Shown: positions 38,880 through 50,393 of the stretch, in pieces
How the letters are laid out: the number at the start of each line of letters is the position of its first letter
Position numbering within the stretch: position 1 is the first letter of the stretch
The notes under the pieces: generated by a model
What the model saw: the letters and a program-made list of their open reading frames with translations, nothing else
Told to the model about the DNA's origin: nothing
Databases searched by the model: none
Translations under genes and position numbers: made by a program
Source of the DNA: Podarcis erhardii
Lineage: Eukaryota
Length of the DNA stretch: 64,000 nucleotides
Strand: one strand, 5' to 3'
Assembly (NCBI GenBank): GCA_964252035.1
Contig: OZ176203.1

Positions 38880-39465
38880 ATAAGTTGGGCCTGGTTAATG
38901 ACCCATCTAACCCAGAATCCTGTTCTTACAGTGGCCAACCAAATGCCTATGCAATGGCACTCGAGCCACCTGTGATTTCAAGCAAGGCAAAGCTAAAGGT
39001 AAAAGGTAAAGGACTCCTGGACGGTTAAGTCCAGTCAAAGGTGACTATGGGGTTGTGGCGCTTATCTCACTTTCAGGCCAAGGGAGCTAGTGTTTGTCTA
39101 CAGACAGCTTTCCGGGTCATGTGGTCAGCATGACTAAACTGCTTCTGGTGCAATGGAACGGCGTGACAGAAACTAAAGCACACGGAAATGCCGTTTACCT
39201 TCCCATCACAGTGGTATCTATTTATCTACTTGCACTGGCGTGCTTTTTGAACTGCTTGGTTAGCAGGTGGTGGGACAGAGCAACGGGAGCTCACCCCACT
39301 GTGGGGATTTGAACCGCTGACCTTCTGATCGGCAGGGCCAAGAGGCTCAGTGGCTTATAGCACAGCACCACCCACGTCCCTTTGGTATTTAGAGGAGGTA
39401 GAACATGGCCATCATGGCTAGTAACCATGAATATGTCTAATCCTCTTTAAAAGCCATCCAAGGAC
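38880..39465 (-). mobile_element. Old CR1 3' fragment split by a Sauria SINE
   Basis: cataag...cccatctaacccagaatcctgttcttacagtggccaaccaaatgcc on the left continues as tggtatttagagg...ccatcatggctagta...aaagccatccaag on the right of the SINE. Confidence 0.55.
38994..39380 (-). mobile_element. Sauria SINE (full length)
   Basis: (GGTAAA)n tail, the body aagtccagtcaaaggtgactatggggttgtggcg...ccgtttaccttccc, and the head cacagcaccacccacgtccc. Confidence 0.9.
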
Positions 39466-39476
39466 CCATCAATAGG

Positions 39477-40085
39477 ATGGGCTGCATCAATAGGAGTATA
39501 GCATCTAGATCAAAGGAAGTAATAGTGCCACTGTATTCTGCTCTGGTCAGACCTCACCTGGAGTACTGTGCCCAGTTCTGGGCACCCCAGTTCAAGAAGG
39601 ACACTGACAAACTGGAACGTGTCCAGAGGAGGGCAACCAAAATGGTCAAAGGCCTGGAAACGATGCCTTATGAGGAATGGCTAAGAGAGCTGGGCATGTT
39701 TAGCCTGGAGAGGAGGAGGTTAAGGGGTGGTAATGATAGCCATGTTCAAATATATAAAAGGATGTCACATAGAGGAGGGAGAAAGGTTGTTTTCTGCTGC
39801 TCCAGAGAAGCGGACACGGAGCAATGGTTCCAAACTACAAGAAAGAAGATTCCACCTAAACATTAGGAAGAACTTCCTGACAGTAAGAGCTGTTCGACAG
39901 TGGAATTTGCTGCCAAGGAGTGTGGTGGAGTCTCCTTCTTTGGAGGTCTTTAAGCAGAGGCTTGACAACCATATGTCAGGAGTGCTCTGATGGTGTTTCC
40001 TGCTTGACAGGGGGTTGGACTCGATGGCCCTTGTGGTCTCTTCCAACTCTATGATTCTATGATTCTATTCTATGATTCTATGATT
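39477..40085 (+). mobile_element. Well-preserved 5'-truncated CR1 LINE
   Basis: ORF2 C-terminus ([19 protein letters not shown]..., [18 protein letters not shown]) with one frameshift near 39730, CR1 3'UTR and (ATTCTATG)n terminus. Confidence 0.95.
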
Positions 40086-40983
40086 AGTAAACAATCATAA
40101 TCAATTATCCTAAAAACCTGCATGGTCAAAATCATAGGAGGTTGGGGGGGGGGGACGTTTGCTTAAGCCCCTACACAAATAGGTTAGCAGCATTGCCTCA
40201 CAAACATCCAGTAGGCTTTCTGCCTGCTAATAGTTTTGTTTAACTGAACTTTCAACGTGAGAGTGAAAGGGGAGAAATAATTATAATGAGACATTATTTC
40301 CTTCCCCTTACCAATCTGGGAGTCTTTTACAGTTCTGTGGCTCAGAAGTAATTTAAATTGGACAATACACTGTGGGAAATGTATGTTTCATGTTGTTGCT
40401 TTACTTGTATCAACAGATTGTAAAGCTCTTGCCTACAGCCTCTGAATTGTAGTAAATCACTGATCCTTTGCTAGAAAAAAGTTTCCATCTTAAATATATT
40501 TACTTGGAGTTAAGTTCTATTAATGTCACTTGAGTTTACTTCCCAGTATATATTTGGGATTAGAGCTTTTGGCTTCATTCCCGCATCTAATCAGAGGCTG
40601 CATGTGCAGTGAGTCCGAGCACAATGCTGAAGCGGAGATACAGAACACCTCTTGTCCTTAAGTGGGGTTAGGTGTCATGTCATAGGATCTTCCGATTCGT
40701 ACTCTATTCTGAATCCATAAAAGAATAAAAGGAAATCAATTAATATACATAGGCTTGCCATAGATCAGGAAAATTCCTGACATGTTCTGGTTTTCAGGTG
40801 TAAAAATTGCATTGGAGGTAATTTTGTTGAATAGGCAAAATGTCAGGGAAAACAGCTCAAAACAGCTTAAAATCACTATTTAGGTCCCCCCCCCAAAAAA
40901 AGCTCAACAATTCTGGTGGTTACCTAACAACCACTTTGCGGGTGTCAGGAATTTTACATAGTTAAGACAGATCACTTTTTTGG

Positions 40984-41208
40984 TATTACATTAATACCCC
41001 ACCTTTCTTCTGAGGAGCTCAAGGTAGCATACTTAGTCTTCTCTCCCCCCCCCCCCCTTTATCATCACAATAACCCTGTGAAGAAGGTTAGGCTATGACA
41101 CAGTGATTGGTCCAAACTCACCCAGTGAACTTCATGTCTGATCCCCTGGGTGGGGATTTGCACCCAGGTCCTAGGCCAACTCTGTAACCACTACATCATG
41201 CTGGCTCT
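40984..41208 (-). mobile_element. Older MIR/Squam3-like SINE
   Basis: cccacctttc...ctcaaggtagc...tcacaataaccctgtga...aaccactacatcatgctggctct, with the same architecture as 26568-26813. Confidence 0.7.
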
Positions 41209-42960
41209 CGTTATTAAGTTCTGTTCTATATAAAATTAAAACAATTTGTCATGTCAGAATGAAAATTGACATATAGAATCTCTACATGAGGAATTTTAAA
41301 ATGTCTCCAGTGCCCTTAGGATGCACAGAACTGAAAACAGTTTAAATGAAATGGCTCATGATCCTTTGGAATTGATGTTCAAGGTGCTAATGCCTTCTTG
41401 CCTTCATGTTTGAATCCTGAAAGTTGCTAAAGGTGGAAAGGGAAATCTTCATGAGAAGAGCCATGTGCCACTGTAGATGTGTCCAAAATTATTTTCCCCT
41501 ACAAAAAAACAGACCCCTGGGCCACCTCATACTTTTAATGTGGTGAGTACAACTCCCTGTCCCCACTGCATAAACCAAACAAAGCAATTACATTAAAGTT
41601 CCTCACCTCAACTAGCCTTTTTGCAGGCCAATTTGATTTACGCTCAGCAATTCTCTCATCCTGCCTTGTGTGCAGCCCCCTGTGCCCAGGCAAAATATGC
41701 TCAGGGGCCCTCTAGAACAAATCCAGTGGGTGCAGGGGCTGGAAGAGGGTGGAAAGAAACCAGAAGCATTTCCAGGTACTTCAACAAAATATTTGCTTCC
41801 TGATGCTACGTGCTCTGAGAATAATCTTTAGCCAGGAGCCATTTATTATGCAATTGAATACCATTGTACAATGTGAGTTCTTAATAGGTGTAATAGGTGT
41901 CCTTTCTTGATAACATACAGCTCAGCAATTTGTTCCTCAGGTACTTACAAGTAGGCTACATTTTGAGCAGTTGTCATTGAATCAGGTAGGACTCCTACCA
42001 TGCGTAAGATGGAGCACACATACGAGCCTTTGCAATACTAATCTTAAGAGAGAGGGAAAATGCACACTTGAATGGAGGCACAGTACAAAACTAATCCATC
42101 ACTAAACCCCTGTGGACTCTAAAGACAGAGGTTAATTAATATAAGTAGAGTCTGTATGTGGACCATTTAATTTAAAGGTAATTGAATTCATTTCTGTGAG
42201 CGTTGGAAGATGCTTTTGCCTGAAGAGCAGGAGGCCCATCCATACTGATTTAGGGCACAATCCACCAGAAATGAATCTTGCACAAGCCCCGTCAAGGGAA
42301 ACTGCATGAGCTCGCATGAGCTCAGTTATGCTCTTGTTCTGCCCTCATTCATTTCAGCGAAGCTTTCACTGGAGAATGTCCTAGTCAAAGGTTTAGAAAG
42401 GCCTGGCTGCCCTGCAGATGAGTTGCTTCAGCCAGTGCATATGTGTGTGTGCATTTAGAAGAGAGAGGCACAGAGAGAATTTTGACTCCAGGTGGCACTG
42501 CTTAGTTTACAGCATTGATCCCTGCCCCATTGGGATGCATAATAACTTGTCTGAAAAATGTGAACCAATTACAAAGCTCCATTGACTTCAATAGAAAGCG
42601 AGTTGCAGTCATAAATGCTGACTTTGAGGTATTCAACAATGACATGTAGGTTTTTATAGTTCATGTTTTCATCTATTTGATATTTTGTGCTTTCACACAG
42701 AAAGGCAGATTATTCCAGCTTTTTTAAAAAAAAAAGAAGAAGAAGAGCAAAGCAAATTAGGGTGGAATGCCATAACTTAAAACACAACTGTTTCTTCAGG
42801 AAAATGGGTAGGAGGAACTTTTCTTTTGTTTTATAGTCAGATTCTATTTCTGCTCTATTCATTTAATGGGATGCTTGTATCATTGACTTTGGGATGAGAG
42901 AAAGAAGGATCCTTCAGGTTGTGTGTGTTTTAATACTGTTCCACTTCATTATTAAGCAAT

Positions 42961-43080
42961 AATGCCAAGCTGTTCACCAAGATTGCTGCTAGCAGGCTTG
43001 AACAGCTTCTGCCAAATGTGATTAATGCAGATCAAAGTGAGTTTATTCAGTGGAAGAGATTGGCAGATAACATTTATCAT
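42961..43080 (+). mobile_element. Short L1/Tx1-clade RT remnant
   Basis: Translates NAKLFTKIAASRLEQLLPNVINADQSEFIQWKRLADNI (cf. KILAKILANRL...LP..I..DQ.GF...R...DNI). Confidence 0.55.
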
Positions 43081-45229
43081 CCCTTTGAGAGAGAGTTGGG
43101 ATTTCCAGGTTGTCATTAGGCTGGTGATAAACTTCAGAGCTGAAGGGTATTAGCCCAAGCAGAAAGTAGTAGTTGGGAGAAACTTGCATTAGTATCATTA
43201 GCACAGAAATTCGAAGCGATTCTCTGGGAATTAGATTTGCATCTAAAAAGCTGCTCCTGGTAATGAACATTTTTCCTGACAAACGGCAAATAGGCATCCT
43301 GCTGGCAGTGGCAATAAATTAATTTTTAAATTTAGGAGCATAAGAATTGCAATCACAGGCAGAGGCAGAGAACGACTTTGTTTCTTACAGGCTTCTACCT
43401 TCGACTTCACAGGGAAATAGCAGCTCTTCTTTTCTATACACCTGGGAGTTTTTTCAAGTATTTTGCAGCACTGCATTGGACCCATATTCTGGAGCTGTAA
43501 GATAGAAGTATCAAGGTCATTCTGTTTTTTCAACTGCTTTTGGTAGAAGCAAATCAGAGGCAGACAAGTCTCTTGGCCAATTTTCCCCATACTGTGTGCC
43601 ATCAAAAATAAACTCATTTTAAAAAACCAATACATCTCCCGTGAGTCCAAAGAGGAGGCTGCCCACTGTGTCTCTGTATGATCAACTGCTCAGGCCTTGC
43701 TTTTCCCCATCTCTACATTTAGGTTGAATTTGGACCAGTCAAACATTCCCAACAGAGAAATGTCTGTCCTCAGGGAAGATGCACTCTAAATAAGCAAGTC
43801 ATTGGAGTAGACTTTGCATGCAAGATAACTTAGATATCTTAGATAACTCCAGATAAAGCAGGGGTTGGGGGTTGATTTTTTTTCCAGGCTGAAGTGCAAC
43901 ATTTCCTTATGGGCCACTTTCCAGGGTCCACGTGTCAGTGGCAGGCTGGCCCAGACACAAAAGGGAGTGAAGCAACAGATGTGACCCGTATAGAAGGTTA
44001 TATTCCAGCCATGCTGAAGTCAGATGTTTCCTCACAGACAAACATGCACCACCCACAGATCCATCCAGGCAAGTAATAAGTGTTATCACAGTTCAAGGGT
44101 GCATTCAAACCAGGCGAAAGCACTCAAGGAGAGCATATAGCAGGCCTAGTGAGGCAGGGTGGCCTGCGGAAGGGGCAAGATAGGGGGTTGAATACAGGCC
44201 AGGAGACACATTCATCCCTCAAGCCTTAGTTTTCCATCCCTGTTAAGACCAGTTGCTGGGAAACAACCAGAGGAGAGCTTCCTAAATCTGGTTGGCCATT
44301 GTGGGAACAGAATTCTGAACTAGGAGAATCTTTAGGGGGAAAACCACTGCCTTGCGGGGAGGGGGGGAGCACTGGTTTTACCTAATATAAGGCAGAACAC
44401 AGAGGGACAAGATCCTTTGAGTGTGGTTGTTCCACACTGAAAATGAGCCTTCAATTTTTGTTCAGGGCAAGGTGTCTTTGCTTTGGAATATTTTTGATAC
44501 GGTGACCTTTCTCCTGTTCGCGGAGGGTGCTGTCAAGGGGAAGCCCCCTGGCAGTGATTGTGAGGGCGAGAAAGCATGACCCTCTCCTTGACTGAAATGC
44601 ATCTTCCCTGGAAAAAAATGGAGTCGCACAGGATAGAGAGCTTGAAAAGAATCAAGACTGCTGCCTTAGCAAGCTGCTCATAGCATGTGGACATATAGAG
44701 GGTGCCTTTATAAATGCCAGTGGGATTCCAATCAATCCACTTTATTGAGTTCAGCTTGAAGGTTTGTTCAATTTAGCAGCAGCCCAAACCCAGAATTTCT
44801 TTTAGTAGCATGCAATTGTTTAGAATGAGGTATGTCAACAGCTTTACCACTGTAAAGCCGTAAAACATAATGCTACAATGGTTTCCCTGCAACATCGCTG
44901 ATCACTGATGCTGCAGGCAGGCTTGCCCGTGTAAAAGTTCAGGGTCAGGTCAAAGTAGTAGTATTTTACATTGCTAACCTCAGTTGCTTTGTAAAATGAC
45001 TTCCTAGAACTCTATGCTGCCCAGGACTGACCTGCTGGGAGCCGGAAGAGTCCTGTCCTGCCCTGCCTCTCTCCACCTTGCTTGGGGCGGGGCCTGACTG
45101 GCTCCATAAAGGACTGTTGCTGCTGCTGCTTGATAGATAGGGCTCCTTTTTAAAATTGTTTTTATTTTTTATTTATGTCATTTTAAATTGTTATTGATAT
45201 TAATGTTGCATTTTTAATTTTAGATTTCA

Positions 45230-45388
45230 TGATTTATGTGGAAATTGTTTTCCATTTGGTTGTGTATCTTTTATGTCTTTTGTTATGTTGGTAATTATGT
45301 AAATCTTGTCATGTTGTAAGCAACCTTGAGCACTGTTCTAACTATGGAAAGGCGGCATAAAAATAAAATGATGAAGATGATGATGATG
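45230..45388 (+). mobile_element. L2-type 3' tail
   Basis: tgtaagcaaccttgagc...gaaaggcggcataaaaataaa followed by (GAT)n. Confidence 0.6.
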
Positions 45389-46883
45389 TCCATTCAATAT
45401 TTTTTTCTCTTCAACTGAGACAGAATTATGATTTTAATATGCCATTGTTGAAACCCAAGAAACAATACTAAGGACTATACATTTCTTATACATTCACAGG
45501 ATCAGAGCATAAGGTGTGGTTCTCCTTCTGTGCCCCCAGTGTACCCATTTCATCCTCACAACATCCATGTGAGGTAGGTTAGCTTGAGAGACAGGTGCTG
45601 CAAGGATGGAGAATCAATCAACATGGTCTGCCCCAGAAACCTTTAGATTCAGAGGGATTGCTTAGTGCTCTGTGGGACTTTGTTTCCACTTTGGATGTTT
45701 TCACTTTGTTAAAATTTTGTGAAATTCAGTGGGACCCAGAATCAGAATATTGATGGTAATTCTATGATTATGATTATGAAATAAGCATGCTAGCTTTCCT
45801 TTCTAGATGTATAAAATCCCCCTACCTCAGGGTGCAATCTACAAGCCATTTCCTGTCCAACGCTCATTGAAATCAGGGGAGATCTGTGAAATGGTGTACA
45901 GTTTCCATTTGTTTCTATATATATGGCTTACACACTTCAATATATGCTCCAGTTCCATTGTGCTCTATATTGGGAATGGTTTTTTTCCCCTCTTGTTAAG
46001 CAAAAAGTAAAACATCATGTTAGAGAGTTTGGGGACCTGGTACTCTGGGATCAGCTAAAGGCCAAAAGTGCTTGTCTTGCATGTCTATTTGCAACCTTTG
46101 AGTTCCCTCAGAAACCTACTGAGCAGAATTTGAGCCTTCCCCTGGAATCTTCTGGTACCTTGTGACAGCATGACCTTACAATTGTGTGCAGATAAACAAA
46201 ATGGGTTAGAAATCACTCCCCATCCATTCTCTCCAAACTGCTTGCCTTTGCCACTCGTGATACTGCTGCAGTGAAAATCCTGGGGATTACGTAAGCATGC
46301 CCTGATCTCCATTATTGCAACAGAATTTAAATCAGTTTGGACTGATTCACCATCTCCGAATTAGAATTCCACACGGCTCGCATCACACACTGCAGAACCT
46401 TTCCACATGCAAGAAGACAAGGAGAGGAGGCTCAAAAAGTACAAGCTTTAATTAGAAAAGGAAATTTGATTTCATTTCAGCTCAGGGAATGGCTTGCCCT
46501 GTGAAACTCCTGAAAGCTGTATTGAGAAGAAGGGTGTAAATGATCATTGTTTTAATGTACCTATGTTTCAAGGGCAGCTTTATTTTTAAAGGATTATCTT
46601 ACATTGCATTGTTTCTCGTACAGCTGGAACTGATGAAGCTTTTAAAAGTCTTTATGAATGACTTTGTAAACCACTAAGAGGCTTAGCCAAAAGCAGGCAT
46701 CTTTTGACTATCCCTGATGATTCCAAAATAGTACTGGGAGAATGCACAGGAAAGTAGTAAGGTCACCAGAGTCCCAGCAGAGACTATTTATAATGGGCAC
46801 TGTACACCTGGTACATCGTCCATAAACGGGCAAATGGAATGAGATAATTTCCTTTAGGAGACAATGTTACATTATGGGTTACA

Positions 46884-47096
46884 ACAAAACAAATTCCTTC
46901 CAGTAGCACCTTAAAGACCAACTAAGTCAGTTCTTGGTATGAGCTTTCGTGTGCATGCACACTTCTTCAGATACACGTGCATGCACACGAAAGCTCATAC
47001 CAAGAACTGACTTAGTTGGTCTTTAAGGTGCTACTGGAAGGAATTTGTTTTGTTTTGACTATGGCAGACCAACACGGCTACCTATCTGTAACTGGA
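46884..47096. mobile_element. Penelope-like element remnant with inverted partial terminal repeat
   Basis: gcaccttaaagaccaact...gagctttcgtg and cagaccaacacggctacc are Penelope terminal motifs. Perfect 78-bp inverted repeat (46883-46960, 46977-47054). Imperfect 13-bp flanking direct repeat attatggg(t/a)taca (46871-46883, 47097-47109). Confidence 0.85.
46937..46974 (-). ncRNA. Minimal type I hammerhead ribozyme motif (Penelope-type)
   Basis: Minus strand reads GUAU-CUGAAGA-A-GUGUGCAUGCACAC-GAAAGCUC-AUAC: core CUGANGA/GAAA, stem II, palindromic AGCU at helix III, UC triplet end and 4-bp stem I. Confidence 0.7.
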
Positions 47097-47181
47097 ATTA
47101 TGGGATACATTTCCTCTTCTGCAGAGGACACTCAAGACTTTTAGAAGATAAGCAGAAATTATGTGTTATATGCAACATTAG

Positions 47182-47223
47182 GTAAAGGTAAAGGGTTCTG
47201 TGGTTTAGACCACAGCACCACCC
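47182..47223 (-). mobile_element. 42-bp head-tail remnant of a Sauria SINE
   Basis: gtaaaggtaaaggg tail joined to the ...ccacagcaccaccc head. Perfect 14-bp TSD ATATGCAACATTAG (47168-47181, 47224-47237). Confidence 0.8.
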
Positions 47224-48008
47224 ATATGCAACATTAGTCATAGTCTAAATAGATCCATTGAAATCAATGCTAAGAAAAAAATCGGCATTGGATATCACCC
47301 TATGTAATCATCTTTCTCATTTGTATGTTTATAGTACCAGCAAATCATGACAGTCCAGAATTTTTCCGGAGCTATTGCTTAGTTCTAACTGGTTGTATAT
47401 ATGCCCATATGTGTTTCACACACCCACATACACCTATACCAACCCTTAATATTCCGCATCCCTGAGCTGCATTAGAAAATGTTTAGAAACGCTTTAAGTA
47501 GTACAAAATATTTTGGTTTGTAGGGAAAAAAAATTGTGGCAAGGAAAAAATAAGCTAGGAAAGTGGGTGAGGAAGAGATAATGATTTAGCAGCAAGCCCA
47601 TTGCACAGATAGAAGTTCAACCCAAATCCCCCAGATGCGAGTCAACTGTTTCACTGAATTCTTTGAATAGCCAACAGATGCAATGTGACTTCCTCTTCTT
47701 CTCTCCTTGCAGTCACCTGTGCTTTCCATGCTACTTTTGAGAATGCCCCAACCTTCCAGAGTAGATCTGGAGGGAGCATGTGGGGGCAGCAGGCAGGGAT
47801 GCCAATAGGATTTCCTAGGCCCAGTATATTCTATGTGGAATAGCCCCCCTTCCCCCACACAAACACATACCACAATCTATTGGCAAGAACTGCTGCATAT
47901 TTCAACTTAGCATAGTCAACCTCACAAGCATGTTACGAAAAATAAGAAGGGGGAGTGGGGGAGAATATACACAACCTTGAGCTCCTGGCAGGAAAAGCAA
48001 GATACAAA

Positions 48009-48132
48009 TATATAATGCCATTGTTGTGGAATAATATTGTAGAATGCTGATTTTAGTCCTCAGGTTGTAAGTTTCCATGTTGTGTTACATGCTGTTTCAG
48101 AAGACTCATCAACCACATGGAGGCCATGGAGG
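48009..48132 (+). repeat. Local direct duplication, copy 1 (124 bp)
   Basis: Matches 49193-49316 with 3 substitutions. Confidence 0.97.
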
Positions 48133-48148
48133 CTTCCGCCTGGCGCAG
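48101..48148 (+). other. Candidate 48-nt exon, gene unidentified
   Basis: tgtttcAG acceptor, CAG|GTGAGG donor, all three frames open, retained CpGs, two ATGs in good Kozak context. No homology recognised. Confidence 0.3.
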
Positions 48149-49192
48149 GTGAGGAAAAATATCCATGAAACTCCCTATGTATTAGCAAAAGTGCCTTCCA
48201 CTTGCACATGGAGATCTTTAGACAGAACCATGTACACTTCCTACCAGAAGAAATCATTCGGAACAGTAACCTATTGAATGCACTAAAGTACCTGTTTAAG
48301 GACACCCAGCGCTGCAGCTATGCTCACACCTGATAGTTCAGCAATGTTATGTGAATGTACACTGTGAACTTACATCACTGACAAAGTGTATAAAGTGCAA
48401 CTGCTAATAAGGGTTTAGGATGTTGAAAAAGAACCATGAATGCAGAAGGGCAAAGTAATCAGCTTCGGCATTTTTCTGAAAGTACACAGAATCTCTTCAC
48501 TACCGGCCCCTTCATTAAAACCGTGTCTTTTCTCCTGAAATACGCTACAGCGGAAATGAGCTCCAAATTATTTGGAAAGCCCAAATCTGTGTGGCATTTG
48601 GCTTTCATCCTACTCTCTGGCTGCATCTTTCTTAATACAGTTCCAAAGATGCCAAGTACCTCCTCTCCAACCCATTCACCAGCTCTAAATGGGATTTGAC
48701 ATTACGAGGTCAGCTCTGATTTGCCTTTTACATGACTAACAAATTTACAGAGACTGTTCACTGTTCCCACATGGATCATTGTTCAGCAGACCAGAAGTTT
48801 TTGATAGAAACATTTAAATTTCTGCACTAAATGGAAAAGAATGTTCAAAATTCAAAAACTCCTCACCTTCTAAACAAGCTGAAATATTTCCAGAATAACA
48901 GACAGCAGATATGTCTATTTTTTGTTAACATAAGAAATTAATTCCATACTTTCATATACAACAAAAGATCTGTAAAGGATACAGCAGAGTTGTATTTAAA
49001 AATATTGTACTAGCTAATCTATAAATCACAGACTCTCCATTTAAAGCTGTTGGGGGGGGGGCATAATGAAACTACATGGTAAGAATTCTTTTTCAAGAAG
49101 AAATACCCAGGGGTACACAACAGAGAAATGATATAGTAATATAGTTAATAAAAATGAAATGGTAAATGATACAGCTGAATTCATTTTAAGAC

Positions 49193-49316
49193 TATATAAT
49201 GCCATTGTTGTGGAATAATATTGTAGAATCCTGATTTTAGTCCTCAGGTTGTAACTTTCCATGTTGTGTTACATGCTGTTTCAGAAGACTCATCAACCAA
49301 ATGGAGGCCATGGAGG
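49193..49316 (+). repeat. Local direct duplication, copy 2 (124 bp)
   Basis: Matches 48009-48132 at an offset of 1184 bp. Confidence 0.97.
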
Positions 49317-49492
49317 TCCTTGGACATAGTGTTGGACTCTAGCAAGCATCCTTGGGGAGAGAACCATTAAAGGGAAACATTAAAGCTATCATGTGTAGGT
49401 GTGTGACTCACACTACAACCCCAACTGGTAAATGGATAGTATTCAGTTGTAGCATTTTCCCTTGACCTCGTACATTAAGAGATGCATCAAGA

Positions 49493-49689
49493 AAATGTCA
49501 CTGTTTTTTGTGTTGAATATATGCTATATGGTAATTTATGGACCTAATAGGTATCTAAAGCCATTGTGTTTGTTTTTTCTTATATTTTGGAAATGTACAT
49601 CCAGTTGTTGTTTTTCCTTTTGGGGGGGGGGCCAAGAGAGTGGGGCCCTAAGCTATAGCTTGTTTAGCTTATACGTAAATCCAGCACTG
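49493..49689 (+). mobile_element. Right-end fragment of the MITE family at 368-663
   Basis: ggaaatgtacatccag...ccaagagagtggggccctaagcta...tatacgtaaatccagcactg matches the reverse complement of 368-480. Confidence 0.65.
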
Positions 49690-50309
49690 GGTCCCCCCAT
49701 CCCACCCCGCTAAAGGTGAGTTTTGTACTTCTGTAAATCTCTGGGTTCCCCCAGCCTGATGATACCTCCCTCTTGTGTATAGGTAGTGCCTTTTCGGCTG
49801 CACAAACAACGCCAGTCACCCCTGAATTTCAGAAATTGAAGAGATGATACCTATAAGGGAGACTGCTTTGACGTCCGCATGGCACCATGACTTGCTGTTA
49901 ACATATTGCCTAAAATTCCTACTCCCTGATGTTCTTGCTCCTTTTAGTGCACCCTATCAAAGACAACTAAATTATGTTTAGGACACCTAGGGAAAGAATC
50001 CCCTATTAAATCAGGTCCTTGGCACTCTCACTGATCCCAGTCAGAAAGGTCACAACTGCAAGTGCAGTGAAACCTTAAATTAACAGCTTCTTGAAGCCTC
50101 CTGAATTTGTACAGTTCAAAGAAGATTGGGCTGTTCAAAATATACTGACTTGGCTGCATGCCATCACACAAATAATGAATGCCTGTAGTGGAAAGTTGAC
50201 TAATTTGACCTATAATGATCCCTTTTTCTTTGCAAACTTTTAAGTGGCACCTAATAGCAGTGTGACATGATATTGCCACTTTTGGCATCCACCTTCCAGA
50301 ACTTGATCG

Positions 50310-50393
50310 TTGTCACAGCTTTGTGACAAGGAAACTTTCCTGAACAGCCTCCGAGTGCTGACACCTGGTGAGCAGGTGGGTTGCCCTGGCAAC
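50310..50393. promoter_or_regulatory. Candidate enhancer motif cluster
   Basis: Near-palindrome ttgtcacagctttgtgacaa (50310-50329), E-boxes CACCTG (50362) and CAGGTG (50373), RFX X-box-like GTTGCCCTGGCAAC (50380-50393), all in repeat-free sequence. Confidence 0.35.

Noticed and set aside
39477-39990. ORFs of 129 and 87 aa as genes
   Set aside because: Frameshifted CR1 ORF2 remnant.
44466-44580. Open segment after a tttttgttcAG acceptor (GKVSLLWNIFDTV...)
   Set aside because: No good donor and no homology. It is more likely non-coding unique sequence.
48009-49316. TRIM or small LTR retroelement with 124-bp LTRs
   Set aside because: No TG...CA ends, TSD, primer-binding site or polypurine tract. 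Kept as a local duplication.
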